Positions 1-7,869 of a DNA stretch of 51,602 nucleotides are shown in pieces. Where the stretch lies: the NCBI GenBank assembly GCA_018399555.1, contig JAGYOL010000003.1:1-51602 (forward strand). The letters are read 5' to 3'. The position numbers and the translations under genes were made by a program. The first letter of the stretch is position 1; every line of letters begins with the position of its first letter. This DNA comes from Kiritimatiellia bacterium. Lineage in GTDB: Bacteria > Verrucomicrobiota > Kiritimatiellia > RFP12 > UBA1067. The notes beneath the pieces were generated by a model. It worked only from the letters and a program-made list of their open reading frames with translations, was not told the DNA's origin and made no database searches.

Positions 1-68
1 GTAAATTCTTGTTTTTTACGACAGAAACTAAAATTATAGCGACTAAGAACCCTATCTTTGCAACAGGA

Positions 69-947
69 TTATATCACAGGAATGGCTCCCGGTTTGGATG
101 CAATCAAAGCCCCGCGTTGGTTGGCGGCGTGCATTGCATTGTGTACATCGCCGCTGTGCAACAGCTCCGTCAGAAAAGCGGCGCTGAAGGCGTCGCCCGC
201 GCCGATAGTGTCGACCGCTGCAACTTCAATGCCGGCCGCCCGCAAGGGAGTTCTGCCGCGTTCAAAAACAAAGCATCCGTCAGCTCCGCAGGTTACTGCA
301 ATGCCAGCAACCCCTTTGAATTTCGTAAAAATTCCGGCGGTAAAACTCTCTATATCAGATTCGGCATAAAACAGTTTCTGGTTCAGTAGTTTGGCCTCGT
401 CCTCATTGACTTTCAGCCAGTTGCATTTGGCAATCGACTCTGTAACAGTTTGCAAACTCCAGAATTTCTGTCGCAGGTTGACATCAAAAAAAATCAGCGA
501 TTCCGGCAGGCGCTCAAGTATTCTGTTAAGAGTTGCTGTGGATGCTTCTGAGCGTTGAACCAGTGTTCCAAAGCAGAAAGCCCGCGGACGTGCGGCAATT
601 ATCGCGTCAATTGCATCGTCAGTAAGTACGATGTTATCCCACGCCGCATTTTCATGAATCGTGTAGCTTGGCATGGTGTTTTCCAGAGTCACACTCACAG
701 TGCCGGTCGGGTTCTGATGATCGCTGATAATCCAACGGGTGTCAATCCCAAGCTCCTGCGCCCGCGTCCGCGCCATCTCGCCAAGATCATCGACTCCCAG
801 AGCTGAAATCATGGCTGTCGATAACCCGCAGAGTGCTGCGTGTGCCGCCAGATTGAATGGAGCACCGCCCAGATGCGGCATATCATCAATAATATCCCAG
901 AGAATTTCACCGAAGGCAATCAAATCAATGCTACTGCTCTCTGTCAC
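69..947 (-). CDS. PfkB-family carbohydrate kinase (probable fructokinase)
   Basis: FGEILWD and GGAPFNLA N-terminal motifs, FDVNLR, KVNEDE and the C-terminal DTIGAGDAF PfkB signature. Lies beside a GH32 gene. Confidence 0.9.
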   Translation of the reverse strand: MTESSSIDLIAFGEILWDIIDDMPHLGGAPFNLAAHAALCGLSTAMISALGVDDLGEMARTRAQELGIDTRWIISDHQNPTGTVSVTLENTMPSYTIHENAAWDNIVLTDDAIDAIIAARPRAFCFGTLVQRSEASTATLNRILERLPESLIFFDVNLRQKFWSLQTVTESIAKCNWLKVNEDEAKLLNQKLFYAESDIESFTAGIFTKFKGVAGIAVTCGADGCFVFERGRTPLRAAGIEVAAVDTIGAGDAFSAAFLTELLHSGDVHNAMHAANQRGALIASKPGAIPVI

Positions 948-1020
948 TGCCTCTCTCCCTTTTCGTTTGCTTAACTGCCTGAATAATAATAGGTGGCTGA
1001 AATTTTGTCATTAAAAATTG

Positions 1021-1048
1021 TTGCAAATAGTTAATAAAGCTGTATTAT
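1021..1048 (+). promoter_or_regulatory. Candidate sigma70 promoter for the regulator
   Basis: TTGCAA-16 nt-TATTAT in an AT-rich divergent intergenic region. Confidence 0.4.
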
Positions 1049-1080
1049 CCGATTATTGAATGACGGCGAAGGAGCAAAGG

Positions 1081-2172
1081 ATGACCGATAAAAAACCCAA
1101 ACATAAGATGGTTTTCGATACACTCAAGAGCGAGATTCTGGATGGCAGATACTCCAGAACACGTCGACTGCCGAGTGAGGCTCAGTTGGTGCGGCGGTTC
1201 AAAATATCCCGCCCCACCATATCAAGGGCTTTGCGGGATTTGAAGGTTGCGGGGTTTCTCGACCGCCGTCCCGGTTCGGGAACCTATCTGAATCCCTCAG
1301 CCCGGCAGAATACCGGTCTTTTCGGGATGATCATTCCCGGTCACGGTACAACCGAAATCTTCACGCCCATCTGCAGTGCCATCGCGGCACACAGCCAGAA
1401 CGCCGGCTATACGCTGCTTTGGAACAGCTCGCAGACACTCAACTCTGAGGATTTGCAGCACCATACACTGAGACTGTGCCGCGATTTTATCGATAAGGAT
1501 GTCGCCGGTGTTTTTCTTGAGCCGCTGGAATTGACCGCAGATTGTCAGATTGTCAACCAACAAATTCTGGAGATGCTTTCAGCCAGTAAAATTCCTGTGA
1601 TTCTTCTCGATCGCGATATTGTGCGTTTCCCCGAACGCAGTGCATATGATCTCGTCGGTATCGATAACTTGAGTGCAGGCTACCGCCTGGCCTCTCATCT
1701 GATCGAAAAAGGAGCTGCAAAAATCGCCTTTTTCGCCAAACCTAATTCAGCGTCAACGGTTAACCGGAGGATTGCCGGAATTCAGAGTGCACTTTTTGAT
1801 GCCGATCTGCACTGGAGTTCAAAGAATGTCTTCTTCGGCGATCCCGATTCGCACGACGATGCAGCACATCTTTTAAAATCGAATGCGGATGCGATCATCT
1901 GTGCCAACGATATGACGGCGGCATTTCTGCTGGGAACACTCAGAAAACTGCAGGTCGAGGTGCCCCGTGATCTGCTGCTGGGCAGCTTCGACGACGCCAA
2001 ATACGCAAAATTGCTCACCCCCGCTCTGACCACAATCCATCAGCCCTGTGTACGCATCGGCGAAACCGCTGTGCAGGCTATGCTGCAGCGTATTCAGGAA
2101 CCTCAGATTCCGCCACGTGAAATTCTCCTGGATGCGCCCCTGATTGTGCGCGAGTCAACGGCTGTTCGTTGA
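1081..2172 (+). CDS. GntR-HTH plus LacI-type sensor domain transcriptional regulator (AraR-like)
   Basis: N-terminal LPSEAQLVRRFKISRPTISRAL...GSGTY (GntR wHTH). C-terminal IICAND, VPRDL, FDD, LTTIHQP, LIVRES (LacI/periplasmic-binding domain). AAGGAG precedes the ATG at 1081. Confidence 0.92.
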   Translation: MTDKKPKHKMVFDTLKSEILDGRYSRTRRLPSEAQLVRRFKISRPTISRALRDLKVAGFLDRRPGSGTYLNPSARQNTGLFGMIIPGHGTTEIFTPICSAIAAHSQNAGYTLLWNSSQTLNSEDLQHHTLRLCRDFIDKDVAGVFLEPLELTADCQIVNQQILEMLSASKIPVILLDRDIVRFPERSAYDLVGIDNLSAGYRLASHLIEKGAAKIAFFAKPNSASTVNRRIAGIQSALFDADLHWSSKNVFFGDPDSHDDAAHLLKSNADAIICANDMTAAFLLGTLRKLQVEVPRDLLLGSFDDAKYAKLLTPALTTIHQPCVRIGETAVQAMLQRIQEPQIPPREILLDAPLIVRESTAVR

Positions 2173-2226
2173 TGTGGCAGATAGGAATAGGGTGTCTGGA
2201 GACAGAGAGCTGGTGTGCTTAGGCAC

Positions 2227-2249
2227 AAGCTGTAAATACAGCTTTTTTT
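2227..2249. promoter_or_regulatory. Palindrome AAGCTGTA-AA-TACAGCTT followed by a T-run (operator or terminator)
   Basis: Perfect 8-bp inverted repeat between the regulator and GH32. The half-site AAGCTGTA recurs at 1037-1044. Confidence 0.5.
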
Positions 2250-2346
2250 ACATTTAGAAATTTTTTTGTTGTTTGTTTGCTTTTCTTCAAACTATAATCG
2301 GGTTGTTCTGAATGGAGTATTCAATTTAAAGGTAAAAGGAAACTGG

Positions 2347-4446
2347 ATGATGATGACGAAAAAAATTATTCTTTCATTGTGGATGATCGGATTGTCCGTT
2401 TTGTCCATGAGTGCCGCCGATGATATTCTGATCGCTGATTTTGAGGGGAAGGATTATGCAGGCTGGAAGATCGAAGGCAAGGCATTCGGCGACACTCCGG
2501 CGATTGCCAATGTGCGCCCGGCGAACAAGGTGAAGGGACATATCGGCAAGGGGCTGGTCAATACCTATCTTGGCGGCGACGCGGCGGTCGGTAAGTTGAC
2601 ATCACCACCATTTAAGATCGAACGCGACCGGATTAATTTCCTGATTGGAGCCGGTTCTCATAAGGATCAGACCTGTATCAACCTGGTTGTCGATCAAAAA
2701 TGCGTGCGTACGGCGGTCGGACCTGCTAAAAAGGATCAAGCTGGCAATGAAATCATGGATTGGTGCAGTTGGGATGTGAAGGAGTTTAAAGGCAGGCAGG
2801 CCATTTTAGAGATTGTCGATAATCACTCCGGTGGATGGGGTCACATCAATATTGATCATATCGTGCAGTCGGATACAGAAAAAAAAGCAAGTTATCCTAA
2901 TTTTGCCCGTATGACCGATCCCGAGCGCGGGTATGAATCGCTGGTGCCTAAGTACACCTTCTCATCTACGCTGGCTGAGCAGGAAAAAGAGCTGGCGGAT
3001 AATCCCCTGCTGGTGCGTTTCGCCGAATCACGCAAGACTCTTCTACAGGATCCGCACTATCCTCGTTATCATTTCTGTAGTCCTGAGAACCGCCTGAATG
3101 ATCCGAACGGACTCTGCTTCTGGCAGGGACGCTGGCACCTCTTCTATCAGGGATATCCGCCCGAGGATCCGCGTCAACATTGGGGACACGCTGTCAGCGA
3201 TGATCTGATTCACTGGCGCGATCTGCCATATGCAATCTATCCCAATCCGGAGCATGCTTGTTTCTCAGGATCGACGCTGGTCGAGGATAACCGCGTGATC
3301 GCGATGTATCACGGCACGCACGTCGGCAGCATGGTGGCACTCTCCGATGATCCTCTGTTGCTTAATTGGGAAAAAGTTACCGGGAAAGCGGTGATACCTT
3401 ATGCCAAGTCCGGCGAGCCGGAATTACCGTATAATATCTTTGATCCGTGTATCTGGAAAGAGGGTGAGTATTATTACGCGCTGACGGCAGGTGGTGGACG
3501 TGGAAAACGGGTGCGTGCCGAATTCCTGCACCGCTCCAAGAACCTTGCGAACTGGGAGTATCTGCATGAATTCCTTGAAAATGATTATTTCGGCCTGATA
3601 GGTGACGATGGCGCCTGCCCATATTTCTGGCCGATCGGCGATAAACATATACTGCTGCATTTCAGCCATATGAGCGGTGGCAAGTATATGCTCGGTGATT
3701 ACGATACGAAACGTCAGAAATTTGTGGTGACCGATGCCGGTGATTTCAACCACGGCCCGGTAGGCCCCGGCGGTGTTCACGCACCTTCAGCCTGTCCTGA
3801 CGGTAAGGGTGGTGTGATTTCAATCTTTAACATCAATCCGGCAAAGTCAACCCCGGGTTACAATCAGTTGATGTCGCTGCCGATGCGGTTGTCGTTGCAG
3901 GGCGGCGGGTCAGTCAAACATCTGCGAATAGAACCAGCCGGTGATATTGCTGCACTGCGTGGTGAGCATCAACGTATTGAAAATATAAAACTGCCCGCCA
4001 ATCAGGAGATTGTGCTGGATGAAATCAGCGGCAATACCGTAGAAATGCTGGTTGAGATCGAACATATGAATGCGATGATGATTGAGTTGAATGTGCTGCG
4101 CAGTCCCGGTGCGGAGGAGTTTACGCGCATCATCTTTCAGCATAACCGCGGTTATCGTTCGCTCAGCACTCTGACGATTGACAACACCCGCTCTTCGACC
4201 TTCTTCAATGCCAGTTCGCGCGTGCCCGAGACGGCACAATTTTACATGAATTCGAAGGAAAATCTGCAGTTGCGAATCTTCATCGATCGCTCTGTTGTGG
4301 AAGTCTTTATCAATAACAGACAGTATGCGGCTCTGCGTGTGTATCCGAGACGAGAGGACAGCCTCGGAGTGTCACTGCGCTCCCAGGGCGGCGATGCCCT
4401 GCTCAGTGCAGTGAATGCCTGGCAGATGCGTAGCATTTATGAGTAG
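2347..4446 (+). CDS. Secreted GH32-family glycoside hydrolase (beta-fructofuranosidase/levanase-like) with an N-terminal accessory module
   Basis: Signal peptide; LNDPNG, WHLFYQ, HWGHAVSDDLIHW, FSGS, FDP and ACP motifs; C-terminal beta-sandwich LRIFIDRSVVEVF. Confidence 0.9.
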   Translation: MMMTKKIILSLWMIGLSVLSMSAADDILIADFEGKDYAGWKIEGKAFGDTPAIANVRPANKVKGHIGKGLVNTYLGGDAAVGKLTSPPFKIERDRINFLIGAGSHKDQTCINLVVDQKCVRTAVGPAKKDQAGNEIMDWCSWDVKEFKGRQAILEIVDNHSGGWGHINIDHIVQSDTEKKASYPNFARMTDPERGYESLVPKYTFSSTLAEQEKELADNPLLVRFAESRKTLLQDPHYPRYHFCSPENRLNDPNGLCFWQGRWHLFYQGYPPEDPRQHWGHAVSDDLIHWRDLPYAIYPNPEHACFSGSTLVEDNRVIAMYHGTHVGSMVALSDDPLLLNWEKVTGKAVIPYAKSGEPELPYNIFDPCIWKEGEYYYALTAGGGRGKRVRAEFLHRSKNLANWEYLHEFLENDYFGLIGDDGACPYFWPIGDKHILLHFSHMSGGKYMLGDYDTKRQKFVVTDAGDFNHGPVGPGGVHAPSACPDGKGGVISIFNINPAKSTPGYNQLMSLPMRLSLQGGGSVKHLRIEPAGDIAALRGEHQRIENIKLPANQEIVLDEISGNTVEMLVEIEHMNAMMIELNVLRSPGAEEFTRIIFQHNRGYRSLSTLTIDNTRSSTFFNASSRVPETAQFYMNSKENLQLRIFIDRSVVEVFINNRQYAALRVYPRREDSLGVSLRSQGGDALLSAVNAWQMRSIYE

Positions 4447-4529
4447 CATGCTCCCATGGATCGCCCGGTGAAACATCATTAACACCGATCATATTGTCCC
4501 TGATTTTCAGTTGTGAAAGGAGTGAGATC

Positions 4530-6440
4530 ATGAAAAAAATGAATTATGAAGCAAATCGCTGTATCAAACTGAGCGCGATCTGCATGGTATGTGCGGTTAT
4601 GTCCGGCAGTGCGCTTCAGCCCGATGATATCGAAGGACTGGCTCTCTGGCTGGATGCGGCTGATCTGAACACTTTGACGGTTGACAGCACTGGGCGTGTC
4701 TCGGCGTGGGCTGACAAAGCGAATGGGACTGCCGACTCAATGACGATGACCACTGCGGATAACCAGCCTCTTGCAGCTGCGGTTTTTCTGAATGGATTTA
4801 ATGTGCTGCAGTTTGATGGCAACGACTGGTTCGAAGGCAATGCCTTTCTGACGGAGGGAGATGATGACTACACCTATATCGCACTCTGGCGTTCATATAA
4901 AACAAGCGGAGCCCAGGTTGTTCTGGAACAGGGGAGCGGTGACGACCAGCGTGCCTCCATGTTGCTGGTAAATTCAGCCTACGGTTTTAATGGACAAGGT
5001 AATGACAAACACAACTTGGTGCCTTTTACAGCCAATACCTGGCATCTGGCCCTGATGGAGGTTGCCAACAGCTGGCCTGCCAATATCTCGATCTACGATA
5101 ACGATGATTTTTATCTGGGTTCAACCTCCAAACCGGAAAATTTGCATATCGGTACTCAGGGTTCGCGCGTAGCTGCCAAGGTGCAGAATAACGCCGAGAA
5201 TTTTCTGGGGGAAATCGCTGAGATTATCGTTTATGACCGGTTAATCAGTGACACCCATCGCAATGCTGTGCAGCACTACCTTAGTCAGAAGTGGGGACTT
5301 GCACTGGAAAACGAAGTATGCGACGAGATCATCGATTTTGAGCATGGCGTCGTGCCGGATGGCTGGCAGGCCACAGGAGTGTTCACCAATCAGCCGGTCA
5401 GCTCCACCCGTCAGAACTTTAACAAGCATGGCGGTTTTCTGCTGGACAGCTACTCAGGTCAAACTAACGGTATTGATTTTGGGGTTGGCAACGCGCCTAC
5501 CGGTGAGTTGAGCAGTGCCACCTTTGTTTTAAGCAATAACACAGTCCGCGCCCGTCTGGGCGGCGGACATCTGGGAGCATCGGTGCAGTTTCAACTGCAG
5601 CGTCTGAATGAAAATCTGAACTGGGAGGTTGTACGCCGGAGTACCGGTACTAGCGACAATTTCATGCGTGAATTGGTTTGGAACACGCATAATCTGATTG
5701 GCGAGACGGTACGTTTCCATATGCTGGATAAAGCCGATATCTCTTTGGGATTAGTTATACTCGACTACATCCGGTTGCTTGACTATCCGCTGCGCAGAGA
5801 GATCATCACCGATTTCAGTGGCAACGAATTTGCGCCTGGAATTTATCCAGAGTGCAAAGTGAACTCGGTTGATATCGGGCTTACCGGGAATGGATCAGCC
5901 TATATGGAATTCAGCGTAACCAACTACTCTTATGATGCCTGGATACTGCATGACAAAGCACCCAAAATATTGATCAGCACTGTGAGCGACGACAATTTTG
6001 AGCTAAGTACCCGTATCTGTTCGCGCTCACTGAGTAATTACAAATCACAGGCGGGTCTCGGGCTTTACTTTGAAAAAACAACCGGTGTGGATGAGTATGC
6101 CTTTGACCCGGTGATGTTCGGTGCCTATAAGGATCAGGAGATCAGATTGGAGTGGCCCGCGCTCGATCTGAGGCAGGGTATCACATTTGACTACACCATT
6201 ACAAATGTCTATCTGCGGATCAAACGAAGTAACGACAAATTCAGCTTCCAGTATTCAGAAGAAGGTGAAGAATGGATAACGCTGGTGGAGCAGGAGTACC
6301 CCGACGCAGTCCTGATCAATGCCGGTCTTTTCAGTAAGCGTTGGAACTCCACGCCCGCCGCTACACAGCGGGTGGAGTTTGACTCACTCAGCTATCTTGC
6401 GACACCGAAAATACCCGGCACCATCATATTGGTGCGTTGA
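4530..6440 (+). CDS. Secreted multidomain lectin/LamG-like protein with C-terminal PGTIILVR tail
   Basis: AGGAG RBS and signal-like N-terminus. LALWLDAAD...VSAWADK...GEIAEIIVYDR...YLSQKWG concanavalin-like domain; the middle domain resembles the GH32 N-terminal module. Confidence 0.75.
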   Translation: MKKMNYEANRCIKLSAICMVCAVMSGSALQPDDIEGLALWLDAADLNTLTVDSTGRVSAWADKANGTADSMTMTTADNQPLAAAVFLNGFNVLQFDGNDWFEGNAFLTEGDDDYTYIALWRSYKTSGAQVVLEQGSGDDQRASMLLVNSAYGFNGQGNDKHNLVPFTANTWHLALMEVANSWPANISIYDNDDFYLGSTSKPENLHIGTQGSRVAAKVQNNAENFLGEIAEIIVYDRLISDTHRNAVQHYLSQKWGLALENEVCDEIIDFEHGVVPDGWQATGVFTNQPVSSTRQNFNKHGGFLLDSYSGQTNGIDFGVGNAPTGELSSATFVLSNNTVRARLGGGHLGASVQFQLQRLNENLNWEVVRRSTGTSDNFMRELVWNTHNLIGETVRFHMLDKADISLGLVILDYIRLLDYPLRREIITDFSGNEFAPGIYPECKVNSVDIGLTGNGSAYMEFSVTNYSYDAWILHDKAPKILISTVSDDNFELSTRICSRSLSNYKSQAGLGLYFEKTTGVDEYAFDPVMFGAYKDQEIRLEWPALDLRQGITFDYTITNVYLRIKRSNDKFSFQYSEEGEEWITLVEQEYPDAVLINAGLFSKRWNSTPAATQRVEFDSLSYLATPKIPGTIILVR

Positions 6441-6473
6441 GTCTACACAATAATTCTTAGCTGAATGTTTAAA

Positions 6474-6533
6474 AATAGTGACAGACAATAATTTATTGCC
6501 AATTTTTTATAGTCTGTTTTTATAGTCTGTCAC
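6474..6533. repeat. Inverted repeat element GTGACAGAC...GTCTGTCAC with internal duplication (REP/REPIN-like)
   Basis: IR arms at 6478-6486 and 6525-6533; TTTTATAGTCTGT occurs twice. The left arm matches the sequence upstream of the transposase at 22663. Confidence 0.65.
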
Positions 6534-6548
6534 CAAAAAAAATCAGAA

Positions 6549-7283
6549 TCAGGCCATGTAGAGACCGCCGTCGACGGAGATGGTTTGGCCGGTAATCCAG
6601 GCAGCAGCATCGGATGCGAGGAAGCGCACGATACCGGCGACCTCTTCGGGTTTTCCTAAGCGACCCAGCGGAATAGCGGCCAGTTGTTTTGTGCGCCGGG
6701 TTTCGGGAATGTTGGTGGTCATATCGGTTTCAATGATGCCGGGCGCGATGATATTGACAGTCACACCGGAGGGAGCCAGCTCGCGGGCGGCGGTGCGCGC
6801 CAGGCCGAGCAGACCGGACTTAGATGCACTGTAGGCGCAGCGCATCAGATCACCGAGCAGGGCGGCATCTGATGAGATATAGATGATACGTCCCTGCTTG
6901 CGACGAGCCATAGGGCGAGCGAGAGATTTGGTCAGCAGAAAGGCGGAATCGAGGTTTGTGTTGAGTACAGTACGCCAATCTTCTAATTTGGTGAAAGCTA
7001 GCAGTTGACTGTGCATTACGCCTGCGTTACTGATCAGAGTATGGATTTCGCCGAATTCGTCCGTGACACTTTTTATCAGTTCAAGTATCTGTTCCGGGTC
7101 GGTCAGATCGGCCTGAAATTCATGTGCGACACCTCCGCATGATTTGATTGTGTTGACGGTTTCCACGGCAGCACTTTGTGAAGCGCGATAGTGTACAGCC
7201 ACTTGAAAACCGTCCTTGGCGAGGGAAAGTGCGATTGCTCGTCCGATGCCTTTCGCGGCACCTGTCACAAGTGCTGTTTTCAT
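6549..7283 (-). CDS. fabG: 3-oxoacyl-ACP reductase-like SDR
   Basis: TGAAKGIG, SNAG, ISS, YSASK, IAPGIIETDMT, IPLGRLGKPEEVA and GQTISVDGG motifs. RBS before the ATG at 7283 (alternative start 7313). Confidence 0.85.
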   Translation of the reverse strand: MKTALVTGAAKGIGRAIALSLAKDGFQVAVHYRASQSAAVETVNTIKSCGGVAHEFQADLTDPEQILELIKSVTDEFGEIHTLISNAGVMHSQLLAFTKLEDWRTVLNTNLDSAFLLTKSLARPMARRKQGRIIYISSDAALLGDLMRCAYSASKSGLLGLARTAARELAPSGVTVNIIAPGIIETDMTTNIPETRRTKQLAAIPLGRLGKPEEVAGIVRFLASDAAAWITGQTISVDGGLYMA

Positions 7284-7309
7284 AGTTTGTGTTTCCTCTC
7301 TGGCTGGAC

Positions 7310-7777
7310 TCATGAGTTGATGAATTGCTGAACTGTTTTTTCGTCGACCACTTCTATGCCGGTTTTTTGTTGAATGTCCTCCAGCACAAGGTTATGTTTG
7401 CGGGCGAGACGTCGTGCTTTGGGTGTGGCGCGCACTCTGCTTTTGTGTTCGGTTTCGGTGTCTATTTTTTTTGTTGTGGTATCGCCGCGGTACGCTGTCA
7501 TCATTTTAGTATTTTCATATTCGGCGGCATTATCATATTCGTTTTTTTCGCCGATTAAAGCGACAATGTAACCGGTTGGAACAACGCTTTTCGCGGTAGC
7601 AAGAATACGAATAAGACGGCCGGAAGCGGGAGATTCAAGCTCGTAAGCCGCTTTGTCGGTTGTCAATTCAGCGATTATCTCGCCTTGGGTTATACATTCG
7701 CCTTCTGCTTTTTTCCAATTTGTTATGGTGACATCAATCAAATTCGCGTCAAGTTGAGGAATGGTAACACGGGTCAT
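7310..7777 (-). CDS. Stand-alone lipoyl-domain plus E3/E1-binding (PSBD) protein without an acyltransferase domain
   Basis: WKKAEGE...ELTTDKAAYELESPASG (lipoyl lysine in TDKA) and VRATPKARRLARKHNL (PSBD); stop at 155 aa. Confidence 0.85.
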   Translation of the reverse strand: MTRVTIPQLDANLIDVTITNWKKAEGECITQGEIIAELTTDKAAYELESPASGRLIRILATAKSVVPTGYIVALIGEKNEYDNAAEYENTKMMTAYRGDTTTKKIDTETEHKSRVRATPKARRLARKHNLVLEDIQQKTGIEVVDEKTVQQFINS

Positions 7778-7869
7778 GAAGCAGATTCTCCTTAGTATTT
7801 ATGGGTAGTTCAGGTTGGCGTGGGGCATTGTGCACCGAAAATGTTGTTTACTTAATTGTCATTCCGGGG

